From contig NC_045696.1 of assembly GCF_009834535.1 (NCBI RefSeq), positions 44,828,001 to 44,892,000 on the forward strand: DNA of 64,000 nt, read 5' to 3'. Shown one piece after another: positions 36,751-50,882 of the stretch; positions within the stretch are counted from its first letter, which is position 1, and each line of letters starts with the position of its first letter. This DNA comes from Camelus ferus (taxonomy: Eukaryota). The notes under the pieces are model-generated. The model saw nothing but the letters and a program-made list of their open reading frames with translations, made no database searches and was not told the origin of the DNA. The position numbers were made by a program, and so were the translations under genes.

Positions 36751-39700
36751 GAAATGCAGACCATTGTCCCGAGACAGCATCTATCTTAGAGAAATTCTCC
36801 TTCTATCTGTATGTTTCCTAATTATCAAAATCTTACCCTTCCTTTATAATCCACAGTAAGGTGCTCACAAATCTAACAGCTTGGGCTCTAGGGTATTTCC
36901 ATTTTCATTATTTAGGGTTTCTGATGCACTCCAAAGTAATTTCATTTCTCAAAAGAATGAAAATGACATTTCTCTGCATTCTGGAATTTAGCCGAAAATT
37001 AACAGCAGTTCTCTACGTTATGATCAAATGAATGTTACAGTCTTGGAGCTCCCCAACAATGCCCTTAATCATTCTGTTCTGATTGCCAGTATCTCATCAT
37101 ACCCCATTTGTCCTTCTGTGAATAGAAAAGCAAGTCTGTGTGTATGTGTTTGGTTACTTCATTGGTTTTTACCACATGATGACCCAAAATTAAAATCATG
37201 GGTAAATAAATGCTGGACACTTCACTTCATAGTGTCTTCAGGTTAAGGGTTAAGATTTCATGCATTACCTTTAAAGTACCTCATTAAATTAAGTGCATAT
37301 TTTACCATCTGACTTGAACATTTGTCTAAATAACTGTTATTTAATTGAAAAGGGCACCAACTTTGCTAGAGTTAATGTTATTGGTAATCAAAGGAATAAA
37401 TTGCAAATCTCATCCAAAGCATCAGTGTTTTTATTAAGAACTTGGGGAACTCTTCAGATTTGCTAAGAGCTTTACATTCCTGACTAGTTATTCCTTCTAG
37501 TGCCCTCTGAGATAAGCCAGCATTTTTGCTGTATGAGTTATTGTTAATCCCTATGTCCAGAGTGAGTGCAGATTCATGATGAGAGCTTTCAGGTTAAGAA
37601 TTATAAGGCCATTTTAAGGTCCACTAATACTCTTTCTTTTCTTCTAGATAGTAACTTTAACTTTACAAATCAATATGAGGGTTTCCTTTCTATCTTTAGC
37701 TAATTTATCACCCTGTTACATGAATATGAGAGATTTTTAATAAAGGTACAGTCCAGACTTTTCCCCAAGATACCTAAAGAAGTATATCCCTGTGTTTACT
37801 ATCCTGAAAAATAATACCATCAACGATCTTCATGAGTCACCCATTATTGCAAACTACTTTCAGCAACAATTAAATTAGGAGTCAAACATTGTATTTAAAT
37901 GCTTCAGTGATACAGCTAGCAAAGCAGTGAAGTTTAAGCAACATTTAGGGGGAAGTTCTTTTGCATTGGCAATTTAAAAACTCTGTAGAGAGATGAGAGA
38001 AACAACCTTTTGTGCCTAAGCAGAATGTAAGAGTATGTTTGTTGACATACCCAGTGGCTTCAACTACCATGCACTCCCCATTCCATTCATATGAGCTACA
38101 TATTTTGTATCTATTTTAAATATGAAGAACCACAGCAAGAAATGCTTAGCAGTTGTGCTTGACCTTGTGATCTGGGATATTCATTGCAGACTAAGGACTC
38201 ATGATTCCTCTGCTGCTGTGATTTGTATAACTTCTCACTGGAAGTTTTTTTTTAATTTGAGACTTTTTTGATAATGAGAATGCATGACTCTGATCATTTC
38301 CCCTGTATGTAGGGTATTAACTGACAGTTCCTGGGAAAAGGCATTAATTGACTAAACCCAATTCATGTCTAGTTGTTTAATAGATGAGAGACATTAAAGA
38401 ACTAGAGATAATTCAATGACTTTTTTAAATTATTTATTCCATTTCTTTCCATCCCATTCTCTGAACATTGTTTTTATATCTGCAGGAAGTTAAACATTAC
38501 TGTTTGAGTTCTAAATCCTCTCCTGCATGTCTCATAGTACAAGAACAAATGAAAAATTAAAAGAGCCAAAGATAAAGGAAAAATGTAAGGCAGCATGATG
38601 TAGCCTCAGACATATTCAGAAGTGTATTAAAACCATAATTTTAAGGTTGGTTGCATTTAAGAGACCCCTGACCAACACACTTCTTATCACTAAACCCGGA
38701 GTAAGCATTAACCAGACATTTGTAATCTAAAAATACATATTGTGTGTGAATTGTGGAAATTTACTAAGAAATTTCTCTTTTGCAACTGTGGAACTCATGA
38801 CTATTTTTGTGAAGTTATTGTGTAATATATAGACAATATGGAAGCTGAAAAATCACACATATCCTTTGTCAGTTCTGCTTTTTATAATGCTATACTCTAA
38901 CACCACTGTCTTAGCAAAAAACAGTCCTAAGTTGGCAAAGGGGACTTGCCTATGACCCCCAAACTTCAAGAAACACTGTAATATTAAGCCTTTCTCAAAC
39001 CTTTCTCATTAGTATCTATTAGTATATATATATATGGAAGAGGATCTTGCAAAAAAAAGTTGATTTTAACCGAATTCCATTTCCAATCAATATTCACTTT
39101 AAAATCAAGTGTACATTGCCATGAAAGAAGATGGACTCCTCGCTGAATAAATTGAAAAGATAGTGCTGAAGGGCATTAATAGCACATCTTTGGTGACTTT
39201 CCTTGTTTATTACTACATACGCATCTTTTCCTCATTTTGTTCTTCTACTGAAATCCTGAAAATGTAATGAGGTAAATTTAATTAACCATATTTCATGTAT
39301 CTAAGTCTCAGTGAGAATAACCTGCCCAAAGTAACAAATGGAGTATCTTATTCCATATCCCGTATGTATTTTTTCTTGCCTCACCAGGACTTCTTTGGAA
39401 TTAAAATTTCATCTCTGACTTTGATTGCCTGCTGGCATTTAATATAGTGCTAGGGATGGAAGGGTGTATGTTAAAGTGCAGGGCTGATGTGGCCTCTCCC
39501 CTTCTATTAGACGTCCGGCTAATCCAAGTTCTGGCTTCCTTTTCTTTCCCTACCCATAGCCAGGCAGGCAGCCAGAAGAAGGAGGAAAAGAAAATGCCCC
39601 ATTATTCTCTCCAACCATAAATAACAGAGTAGACTAGAGGGGAAACAAGATAATGTGGAAATGCTGGAGTCCCCCACCCCCGTTCAGTCAATCACAAGGT

Positions 39701-40844
39701 CATTGGCCACTCAAAGGGCAGAGCCACCCATGGCCCTCCCCTCTCCTGCTACACGTGAACTGACACATCCCCAGAAAAAAGACTGAGCATCAAAACATTA
39801 TGTTTTCAATTGTTATCTCTTCTAGCTGTCTGTACATATGCATTTCACTTTTTTCTTTTATTTCAAGTGTTTGTTTGAGTTATTGTTTCAAAGGTGAAGG
39901 GAAGTTCTGTCCCTCCAGCACCTGCCGTCGCCCAGGCTGTGTTACCACTCACCTTACGGGACACTTTGAACCGCGATGCTGAGCACAGGCAGGTGGCATC
40001 CTGCTTTCGTGCGTGTTCAGTACTGTTACATTTATTTTGATCCTCTAATCCTTTGCATAATGGTGGTTCTCACATTTACTATTGGCCGAGATGAAAGGCC
40101 ATTTTCTATTTTTTACTGAGGACATAAGAAGGACTCCCTATTTTAGTGGGCAGTTTCTTTGGAGAGTCTTAGAAACACTAAAGGTATCAAACTGAAACTT
40201 GTGATAAGTCCGGCTGTTTACTCTTCTTTGTTTCCTGCTTCAGACTCAGAAATTGGTGACAACTGTCCTTCTGAGATGCAGGGAGTAGAGCCCGCCTCTC
40301 CTCCTCCAGCTCTTTATTACGCTTGGCTCGGGGGGGAAACTTACTCTGCTGAGAGCTACGACCCAGGAAGAAAGAAAAATAACTATTCTCATGGGTATGA
40401 CCGCAATTACCTGCACAGGTATCAACGGCCAGCTTGCTGAAAGTGGCAATTCCACACGGCCAGGGTCCCAGTCTTGAATACCCATAGTCCTGATGCCCTT
40501 CTGGGCTGCATCCCAGGCAGGCTATAAACGAGAAATCACGGAAGATTCCCTCTCCAGTAGGAAGTGTTAATAATTCCTCATGTTGCCTCTGAGTTTTCAA
40601 ATTTGCCATACGTATGCCTGTGTTTGGAGAACCTCAAATCTTATGAACTCTTTCATGTGTGAATTATTTTATGTGGGTGTTATTTTTGTTTTCCAAATTG
40701 GCAATTCCATTATAATATTTTATGCATCTTTTCCAATGACACCACATTCCAAGATTGTGATATATTGTTTATGCCTGCCACTCCTACGCCCCCTTCACTT
40801 TTCCCACCTACCTCATTCCCCCATTAAATTATCTGTTAGCTGAG

Positions 40845-40965
40845 ATATAATTGACATATAACATTGTGTAAGTTTAAGGTGTACATGTTGATTTGGTCCA
40901 TTAATATACTGAAATGTGATTTCTGCTGTAGCATTAGTAACACCTCCATCACATCTCCTAGCAAC
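40845..40965 (-). mobile_element. L1 (L1MA-like) extreme 3' end fragment
   Basis: tgagatataattgacatataacattgtgtaagtttaaggtgtaca is a typical reverse-strand L1 3' terminus. Confidence 0.7.
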
Positions 40966-41164
40966 TTCGAAGTGTTAAAATAAAGGAACACTTAGGAGAC
41001 ACCGCTGGATTAGTGCCCCACCTCCTTTCAAGGAGATCTTGAAATAAGTTTATAGCATTGGGGAAAATCTCATAACCAAAGTTTAAAAATCTTCTAAAAA
41101 GTTATTTAAAATCAGTTTGAACCCTTTATAGGCACCGAACTTATCGAAAAAACACAAACGAGGA

Positions 41165-41460
41165 GTTAAGAACTAGGACTGACTCCCCTCGTCCACTCAG
41201 TCGCCGTGTGGCTCGGGCAGCAGTCCATGCGTCACTCTCAGGTTCAGGAGTCCCTGTTACCTGCCGGGGCCTTTCACGCTCACGGCACGTTTATCCTCAC
41301 TCCAGCCCTGTGAGTACTCCCTGTTGTCCCCTATTTGCAGGTGAGCAAGCATCTTAAGAGGAGGGATTTGTCCAAGGTCTTGCAGCGCAGACTTGACAAA
41401 TGAGGATGAGAACCCAGACTCACTGACCCCAAGGTCAAGACTCTCCTGTCTGCCTCACAG
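41165..41460. mobile_element. MIR remnants (a short plus piece followed by a minus piece)
   Basis: tttatcctcactccagccctgtgag...ccctatttgcaggtgagcaa...tttgtccaaggtc...agaacccagact. Confidence 0.6.
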
Positions 41461-42049
41461 ATTAGACTAGAGGGCTGCCTCTAGAGCTTCTTCCAGCGTC
41501 ACTTTACTGTGATTCTATTATTTAAAGTTTACCTCATTTTAAAGGCATGAAAAAGCTGACTGATGAAGAGCATTTTTAAGACCTATAACTAATGATTTGT
41601 ATTTCAACCCAAGCACTCATTCTTTATAAATGTCTTAACCTTGTCCCTCAAGTCAATCAACTGAAAAAATATTGACTGAAAATATAGCTAAAGAGAATGA
41701 TTAAAATAAATTTTTGTTCTCTTCCAGTAGTAGATGGATTTTTAACCAGTGTATTCTTTCAAATCTCTGAAATTTCCCAAAATTAAAAAGAGACATCCAT
41801 AAAGTTATATACATATTTACTGTATCAATTTCAAAACTGAGCCCAAAAGTAATCAGAATAATTTTTAAAGGCTTTTCCTTGCTAAGGAGAGCAGACTCTA
41901 AGTAACAAAAATGCAGAAATTATTAAAAGTTCATGTAAATCTTATACACATATACTCAGTGAATACCCCCTCCCTCAGCAACAACACTATGTTTATTTTT
42001 ATTTAGTACATTTCACAGCAGTTAACATTTAGCTCAGTTGTATAACTGT

Positions 42050-42255
42050 TTAACTTAATGCATGGATGCTGGAGCCAGACTGCTGCAGTTTGAATCCTGG
42101 CTTTGCTGTTTACTAGCTGTGTGACCTCAAGCAAGTTTATTAGTCTCGAGGTAGAATAGAGATATCCTAAGGTTAAAACAATTTAATATCTATCCAGGGC
42201 TTAGAGCAGTGCCTGCCACATTAAGGCATTATCGATGTGTTAGCCGTTACTATTT
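42050..42255 (+). mobile_element. MIR SINE remnant
   Basis: ctggagccagactgc...tttgaatcctggct...tactagctgtgtgacctcaagcaagtt...cttagagcagtgcctgccaca. Confidence 0.75.
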
Positions 42256-44658
42256 TGGAGAGTGGCATTAAGAAAAGAAGGAAGAGTTTTTTCGTTTGTA
42301 AATTTTAAAATAAGAAAAATAATCAGTTTGAAATTACTCAACTCTTCTTCTACAAGCATATTCTATAAATATGTTTCATGTTGCCCTTAACAAACACTTT
42401 TTTGTAATGGCAGACTGTGAGCAGTGATTTTTTTTTTTTAGCCTGATTTTACCTGTATAGATGTGGTAACAGATCCTGTGATTTGCCCTCGATACCACAA
42501 CTACCTTGCAGATAATTCTAGTCACTCCCTTCGTTCCAATCCCTCCTTCTTTTATTTGATTCAATTTAATGAAATCACAGAAACTACTTTTCATCCCTAT
42601 ACAGGTACAAAATCCACCTAGAAAGTAAATAGAATTGGAAATGGAAATGGTATCCAGTTTCTCATTGTAACTTTTGCCTGGTTCTTTCAATCCCTGGCCA
42701 CGAAGATCATGCTTTAGCTTTTCTCTATATAATGTTTTTGTTTTTGTTTTTAATTTTTTGACTGATTTATTATGTTTCAGAATAACATTGGACAACTTTG
42801 TAACACAGAAATGACAAAAGATTACTTAAACCAAATACATTTTCTATACTTAGAGATAGTATATAAGCCATAAAACAACAGTGATTTTTAAAAATTATAA
42901 TCATATTACAATATATACATGTATCAAAGTGATACATTGTATACCTTAAATTTACAAAATGTATGTCAAACATTCAATAAAATGTATGTAAGATACAAAC
43001 TTTTCAAGTGTATTAAGAGAAGAGCATTATTATAATGTTTTTATATTAAGTTAAAACTTGCTTTTGTGAAATTTGCAGTTAAATCTTTTTGATAGATGTA
43101 TACACATTTGTAACCATTACTCCAATCACAATATAGAGCAACCCATCACCCCTGAAACTTCCCTATAATGATTTAATTGTTTAGAATTGCTAAGTAGTGT
43201 TCCATTGTTAGAATATATCACATTACTAACAGCTTTGGAAAAGCTGGCAACTTCTCATGAACAAATATCTCCCCTATGACCTAGAAATTCCATTTCTAGG
43301 TATTTTCCCAAGAGAACAAAAACAGGCCCACAAAAACGCTTGTATAAGAATGTTGATTTTAGCTATGTTATTCGCAATAGCCCAAACTGGAAACCAGCCA
43401 AGTGTCCAAAGACAAGAGAATGGATTAAAATAATGTGATGTATTCATTTAACTTATTGACATTTTTGCAAAATGAATAAGCTATCCATAGAATTCCCTTC
43501 TCCTTTTTTGCCTGTGGGTTCTGTGATAACACTTCTTCATTTTCTGATATTATTAATTTGTGTTTTGTTCCTTTATTGTGTATTGTGTTCAGTCTTTTTA
43601 GGGAGTTATCAATTTTCTTGATAATTTCAAATAACTAACTCTTAGCTTTGTTTCTATTTCTAGTGCTTATTTTCAATTTTAACTATTTCTGTTCTTATCA
43701 TTACTATTTTATTACTTCTAGTTATTTAGAGTTTAGGTGGTTGTTTCTCGAATTTCATGAAGTAAATTAAAAATTTACATCACTGATGTTAGCCTTTCTT
43801 CTTTTATAACACAAGCATTTCAACTTTGAAGTTCACTCTCAGCAGTGGGTTAACTGCATTCCACAAATTTCAGTATGTTGTATTTTCATATTTATTCAGT
43901 CAGAAATATTTTTATATTCCCATTGTGGTTTCTTCTTTGGAATCATGTAACTAGAACTTTATTTCTTTCCAAACATTTCTCATTTAATTCTGTTTTGTTA
44001 AGACAACCTACTCTGTAGGCTTTTGGTCTTTTAAAATACGTTGAGAGTCATTGTTTTGTCCTAGTGTGCAGGCACATTATTTCCTGGTGCATGCTACATA
44101 GGCACTTGAAAAAAAATTATCTGGTGGTTGGTGGGTACAGTGTTCTACAGCTGTATATTAGTTAAGGTAGAAGATAGTTTGTTTACAACTTTTCTTACAC
44201 AATTCTTACATATTTTTTTCAAATTATATGAAATCATTTCACATATAATGTGAGAAAGTTATAAGCATACACTTCCAGGACTCAAGATAGCCCAGTACTG
44301 GGTATTTCACCATGATCGTGCATACTGAATTTTAGTCCATTCATCAGCTACTGAGAAAGGTCTGTTAAATTCTCTATGATTGTATGCTTGGCTATTTCTC
44401 CCTCTAATTCTGTCAGTTTTTGCTTTATGCTTTCGTTGGGAACATACACTTATAATTGTTACGACTTCCTTATGTACTGAATCTATTAGAATTATGACAT
44501 GTCTCTCCTTATGGTTGTAATAGTCCTTGTGTTGAATTTTACGTTGCCTGATATTAATATAGCCATACTGCTTTCACATGCTGTTTTCATACATATTTTT
44601 TTCTAGCCTTTTATTTTCAATTATCTCTTTATATTTAAAGTGCATCTCAGGTACAGTG

Positions 44659-44858
44659 AGGCTGATCAAACTCTGACTGCCAGGCTGATGCTTAATTTTG
44701 TAAATCAAGTTTTGTGGTAGCGCAGCCATGCCTATTTCTTTACATGTTACTTGTGCTGTTTTATGCTGCAGTGCCAGAAGAGTTGGAACAAAACAATGTG
44801 GCCTGCAAGCCTAAAATATTTACTAGCTGGACCTTTCAGGGGAAAATGTTAACCCCTG
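44659..44858. mobile_element. MER58A-like hAT-Charlie element nested in the old L1
   Basis: ttttgtaaatcaagtttt...cagccatgcctattt...tggcctgcaagcctaaaatatttactagctggaccttt...aacccctg; degenerate 8-bp TSD GTACAGTG/GTATAGAG. Confidence 0.8.
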
Positions 44859-45401
44859 GTATAGAGCATATAGTTGAGTCTTGATTGCTAATTACAGGCT
44901 GACAATCTCTACCTTTCAATTGGAGGATTTAGCTAAGTTACATGTGACTTAATTATGATATAGTTACATCCAAGACCACCAGCTCTCCTATTTGTTTTCC
45001 TCTTGTCCTCTGTTCCTCTTTTCCTGCTTTCTTTTAGGCTACTCAAATAAGTTCTAGTACTACATTTTAATTTCTCTACTGGCCTTTTAACTGTGCATCT
45101 TTGTATTCTTTTATTGTGCTTGCTTTAGGGGTTACCATAGGAACTTTTAATTTATAACAATCTACTCATGTAATAATCTAAAGCTCCTGAAACTTTATAA
45201 CTTTATGTATCCTCTTCCATATATTTGTAGTGTGAAGGCTATAATATACAGTGTTGTGATGGATTTGACAACAAGAGCAAAAAGGCTGTAGGAAGTTAAA
45301 TGAAAGTGTAATTTTTCAAGGGTCTCATACATAATGCTGTATATATCGTATTAAATGGTTGTTTGTCTTTGTAAAAAAATTTAATAGTATTTTATATTTT
45401 A

Positions 45402-45456
45402 GTATATATATATACATATATATATACACACACACATACACACATACACACATACA
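45402..45456. repeat. (TA)n/(CA)n compound microsatellite
   Basis: Read directly from the sequence. Confidence 0.85.
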
Positions 45457-48269
45457 ATCTGTATTCATCCTTTCTTGTATATCTGAGTTCCCATCTAGTG
45501 TTATTTCCTTTCAACCAAAGAACTTTAATACTTCTTTTAGCACAGGTCTCCGAGTGATAATTCCTCCCAGTTTTCTTTTATTCAATTCAATATGTCTTTG
45601 TTTTTGCCTTTGGTTAAAAGGTATTTTTACTAGATATAAAATTCTGATTCGAGAGAATTTTTTTCCCAGCATTTGAAAGGTGTTTAATTGACTTTGTTAT
45701 ACATTTCTTCCTGATGAGACGTCAGCTGTTTTTCATGTTGTTGTTCCTCTGAACAAATTTTCTATGGCTACTTTCAAGTTTTTCTTTTTATATTTGCTTT
45801 TGATTAGCTTACGTATAATGTACGTAGATGTGTTTTTCTCTTTATAATTTCTGCTTGGGGGTTGCAGACCATTTTGGATCTGCAAGTTAATGAACATCAA
45901 CAAGTCTAAGAATATTTTTCATTGTTCAAATTTAGTCTCTGCCCCAATTCTCTTTTGCTTCTCTCACTAGGACTCCAATTACACATTTGTTAGACTGCTC
46001 AAAATTGTCCCACACATCACTGAGGATCTACTTCTTTTTTTCGTATCATTTTTCTCTCTCTTTTTCAGAATGTATAATTTATATTTTTTGTCCTTAAGTT
46101 CAAGGCTTATTCTACCACCTCCATCTATTGTTAAGACAATTTAGTGAATTGTTAGTTTCCAATATTGTAGTTTCAAGTTACAGAGTTACTTTTGTTTACA
46201 TTTTTGGTGCTGAGAATTCTATCTGTTCTCTCATTGTTACCATATCTTTCTTTATTGAACATGTGATATAATTATTGATTTAAAGTTCTTACCTGCTATT
46301 TCCAAAGTCTTTGTTATCCAAGGACATTCTCTGGACTTTGTATTACAGTTTTTGTTCTTTATATATATGATAACTTTTTTTTTTATTAATACTAGTCTTT
46401 GATGATATGTTGTAGAAATTCTAATTTCTATCATATAGACTAAAGTATATGGATTGTTTTTCCTGGCAGACACTTAGATTACTGGCTGATTTCCTTGAAC
46501 TTGTGAAGGTTACTTTTATATTTCATATTTCACATCTGTTTTAGGGTGAATTCTGAGTCTTGACACATAGTCTTGGCTTTTCTGGGATTTCAGTAGAAAC
46601 ACTGATATGATTGCCAAGAATTTCTGGCTTGGTGAGGTTCAACTCCAAACTCTGTCTCCTTTGTGTGGGTAACAGCTAAAATCTATGTCAAGTTTTAAGC
46701 TTTCCAGCTGTTGCTTTTGTCTGGGCTATGTGAAATTTCTTCCACGTATGGGCAGCTTAGGGATCATCCAAGGGTTTTACTGTAATTTACACACAAATTC
46801 AGGGTCCTCATCATTCTTTAGGCCTCTCCTTTTTGAGATTTTCCCCCCCTTGATTTCCAGAATTTTGTACTAGTTAGCCTATGGCTCTCCAACTGGGAAG
46901 TGCCATCAAAGGAAAATGTCTGCAAAAGTAGAGCTCACCCAGTATAAGGATCGAATTCCCTTCAGTTTCTGCTTTCTTTTTGTTATTCTCAAGTACGGTC
47001 ATATAGGTTATTCTGTATTATTCTGAGAGTTTATAACTGTTACAATTGTAAGGATTAACAAAACACAAGTGGGTTTTTATTTTTTTTTTTTAGTCATTAC
47101 TAGTACAAGAACTTCTTATAGTACAGGCATTATTTCAAAGTTGTGAAATCATTATGTCCTCAAACTTAATATAACTTTCTTCTTCTCATTCAGGTCAAAG
47201 TAGGTTGAAAAAGCCGCAATTGCAAAATCAATTTATTACATTGTGAAATTTATTCTAATTTATTTTTATATATGCATCTACAACATTGGCTCTTTTATCT
47301 GTCACTCTCTCTAGTGGCTCCAAACAAGTTGAAATTTTCACTTTAGAGGAAAAAATAGTATTGAATGAAGTAAGTTTGGAAGAATAAAAGAGAGAGAGAG
47401 AGAGTGAAGGGAAAAGTAAAGACAAAAGGAATGAAGGAGGGTGAGAGAAGGCAAGAGAATAAAAGAGAGGAGACAAGCGAAAAGATTTTGAGAATCATGT
47501 GTCTTTCCTTGATTGCTACAGTATCTTACTGATTTATAGAAATTGTAGTTATTGGTATGTATTAGAATATATAGTTAGGAGCTATTAGGATAATCAAGGT
47601 ACATGTTTATATGTATAATTTTGTGCAGTTTTATCTGAAAAGCTTGGAGTAAGACATCACTCAATCTCTATCATTTCAATGTATTCTTTCTATTTTACCT
47701 GTCTGTAAAAAAGCAGCTGGGCCGGTATGGACTTCATATTGGTGGACACCAATATCATAAGAAACAGTAAAAGGAAATAGATATGAACTGTATTAATGTC
47801 AGTTAGTTCAGTTCAGTTCAGTTCAGTTAAAGAAGTATCTTTTGGATGCCTACCATATTCAGACAATATATTATGTGCTATGGGTAAAATATAAATAAAA
47901 CATGGTCCTTATACTCAAGTCAAGGAGACTGAAGAGATTGGCCACCTCTTGAAGTGTCATGGGATAGATGGCTGGAGATCCGGGTGGAGCCTCTCTGAAG
48001 GGAAGAGCTGGATCTTTCTGTATTTAAGGTCTGAAGACAGTGAGACATGCCAGAATCTCAATCAGAAGCTTGAGAGGACTGTGTCTTAGGAGTACAGACA
48101 AACCAGTTGTAGACTGAGTCTTACTAAAACTGCAGCTGAGCCTCAACCTAGATCAAATACTAATTGGATTGAAGTCATCCTATCTGTTCACCTGCCTGCT
48201 TAACAAACGAAAGGAGGGACCATATCTGTTGGAAAGTAACATTGTGTGAAGTCTCTATAGTTATTTTAT

Positions 48270-49150
48270 ATATGGTGTCATGTAAAATAAAAAGGACTGG
48301 ATATGCAAAGAGTCCAGAAAATAAGATCAACAATCAAGAGGAAAAGTGGATGAGCAGACCCATGCATTATTTGGGTACTGTAGTTAACAGACAAGGATAT
48401 TAAAATGACTATAAATAATATTTTGAAAGTGGAAGAAAAGATGGCAAAAAAAGATGAGTGGAATAGAAAATTGAAATGTACTTTAAAATATTTAAAAATC
48501 AAATTTACATTTTAGACCTGAAAAATATATTAAAAGATAAATCTCTGGTGGATGAATTTAAATGCAGATTGGCCACAGCAAAACACAAGAGAAGTAAACT
48601 GGGATACAGATCAATAGAAAACACCCAGTTTGGAGCACAGAGAGGAAAAAAAAATAGATAAGACACATAAGAGCATAAGAGACATGTGGGACACACGAAA
48701 GATTTAACTTATGTTAAGTAAAGTCTCAGAAAGACTTAAAGAGCAAGATTGCCCATCACCAGTAAAATTAAAAAGCCATGATGTATTCACACAATAAGCT
48801 ATACAGCAATAAGAATAAACAACCCACAACTGCATGCAACATTATACATGAATGTCACAAACAAAAAGTTCAGTTTAAATGAGAGGCAGACAGAAATGAA
48901 TAGATGTGGTATGATTCCATTTGTATACAGACTGTAAGAGCAGGTAAAACCATTCTGTGAGAAATGAGGATTGTGGTAACCTTTGGGGAGTTAGTAGTGA
49001 CTGGAAAGGAGTATATTGGGGAGATTTTGCGTCTGCAACTATTCTGTTTCTTGAGCTGGGTACTAGTTACACTCATGCATCCAGTTTTTGAAAATTCATT
49101 GAATTGTACTCTGCTGTTAGGTACATTATCTTGTATGGAAATTATGGAGG
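48270..49150 (+). mobile_element. Ancient L1M fragments (ORF1-like at about 48270-48740; L1ME-like 3' end at about 48760-49150)
   Basis: gtggatgaatttaaatgcagattggccacagca...agatcaatagaaa (ORF1-like) and gtatgattccatttgtata...gaggattgtggtaacctttggggag (L1ME 3'UTR-like). Confidence 0.65.
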
Positions 49151-49944
49151 TTACTAAGATTTTATATAGTTACTAATTAAGTAACTTATTAGCAAAAGAG
49201 ACTAGACCTCAAGTGATCCATGATATACATATATACATGTATGATAATGTGATATATATATAATGTAGATGGTACATATATCTTTATATATATATATAGA
49301 GAGAGAGAGAGAGTAGGAGAGGGTATCTATATTAGTCTTTCCTTTGCCTGGAAAATATAGAAAAATATTTATGTAATAATATGATATAGCACAAAGCATA
49401 GACTCAAACTTACAGCATGGTCTTATTTACATTTTTAATGTCTCTCTTGTAAAATGCCATCACATTTTATAGAACTCAGTCGTACTGGCAGGGTTTAAGG
49501 TTGCTCTCCTGCTTATGAATAGATTTATAAGGCTGTAGTTTAAGTTAAATTAACAATTTTTAAGTCACAAATCAAATTAAACTTAGGCTAAATATAATGA
49601 ATGTCCCAGTATGAAAGGGCCATATGTCTTTATCTTACTAGGACATATATCGTACACTGTTACACACTGTTCACACTATCACACTACTAACACTCACATT
49701 ATTAACACGATCACACTATTAAGTTGTGATTCTTAGCAAATGAGTTAAGGGATTCTATTTAAAGCATAGAAATACTTTTAGGGAAAAAATGGAGTTTCTT
49801 ACCCTAAGCTTCCTTAACCAAGAGACACATCTGGTATTACAGGATTTTTTAAAATAGAAGTATTACTTTGAATTATATAGCAATAATAATTTGACGTACC
49901 CTATCACTGTGGTTCCCCTGATGTGCTTACAACAGGGAGAGAGT

Positions 49945-50010
49945 TGGGAAGAAAGGAAGGAAGGAAAGAAGGGAGAGGAAGGGAGGGGAGGAGGGAAGAA
50001 GGAAGGAAGT
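49945..50010. repeat. (GGAA)n purine-rich simple repeat
   Basis: Read directly from the sequence. Confidence 0.85.
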
Positions 50011-50152
50011 GGTAAACTCTTGGAAATACAGTTATGATTTCTCCTGAGTGGTCACAACGCCAAGGAATTTAGCGGTGTGTTTAAGAAAGCCTGATTTCAG
50101 CTCTCAAAAGAGAGAACCTGGTAGTCGTGTGTGACCCTGGAAGCCACCGGAG

Positions 50153-50329
50153 CAGTGGTTCTCAACTTTACGTGCAGCAAACCACCAGGAGGTCTTATCA
50201 CAGGTCGCAGGCCCTGTCCCGAGTTTCTGTTTACAAAGTTCTAATGTGGGCCCTCAGAATTTGCACTTCTGGCAAGTTCCCAGCGGGGGCTGACACTGCT
50301 GGTCTGGGACCACGATTTGAGAACCACCA
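50153..50329. mobile_element. MER5A (hAT-Charlie MITE)
   Basis: CAGTGGTTCTCAA...agaatttgcacttctggcaagttcccag...gaccacgatttGAGAACCAC terminal inverted repeats. Confidence 0.88.
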
Positions 50330-50882
50330 CATTAGAGCTGCCTTAGCTTCTGCTGTCAATGTTCTGTCATAACTCAGGTCTCTTTCCAAGCTTACTTTTG
50401 ATGTATTTGATAAAACGGAATCCATAAACAAAGATATAGGACATTGGCTCAATATAGATGCGTAATAGGGAATACAGAGAGGGCAAGACCCTAATGAAAC
50501 TTCTGCAGAAAATGTTTGCAGAACGTTTTTGCCCAGAATGAAAATTTTGACTATCAAATGATAATTACTTCCCAGAAAGCAGAGAGAAAAACAACCCAGC
50601 CAAAATCGTGATGCAGCTAAGTATGCAGAGTCTGTGTTCAAAGTAATTGACTTCCTTTTCTCCTAGCATATATTTAATGCAACCCCACGACCAAGGTAAT
50701 TTCAGTGGAATGTGTTCTGTTACCAATCAAGGCTCACAGATGTGGAACTGTTTGCCCTACGGGCTTGCCTGTGTTAGGTGTAAAACATTGGCTTTTCAAA
50801 GATACATTAATGTGAACCCTAAAATTAAAAATAAGGAAAGATAAATTTATAAATGTCAACATGATGTTTAATTCTCTTGTAG

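Larger units (their letters stand above)
43470..47050 (-). mobile_element. Ancient L1M (L1ME/L1MC-type) fossil, ORF1 to 5' ORF2 region, fragmented
   Basis: T-rich strand with old-L1 motifs: actgcattccacaaattt, tgcctgatattaatatagcca, gcatatagttgagtcttg, ggactccaattacacatttgttagac. Boundaries approximate. Confidence 0.75.

Noticed and set aside
40159..40609. Overlapping intronic ORFs (93 and 140 aa); also 12492-12857, 42376-42795 and 50231-50641
   Set aside because: No recognisable domain or codon bias, many start at non-ATG codons, and one overlaps MER5A. They are consistent with random ORFs.
47801..47828. (AGTTC)n tract resembling a ruminant Bov-A2/BovB tail
   Set aside because: No Bov-A body is adjacent. 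It abuts an L2-like reverse 3' end (tttggatgcctaccatattcagaca), so it is an ordinary microsatellite and not evidence for a ruminant.
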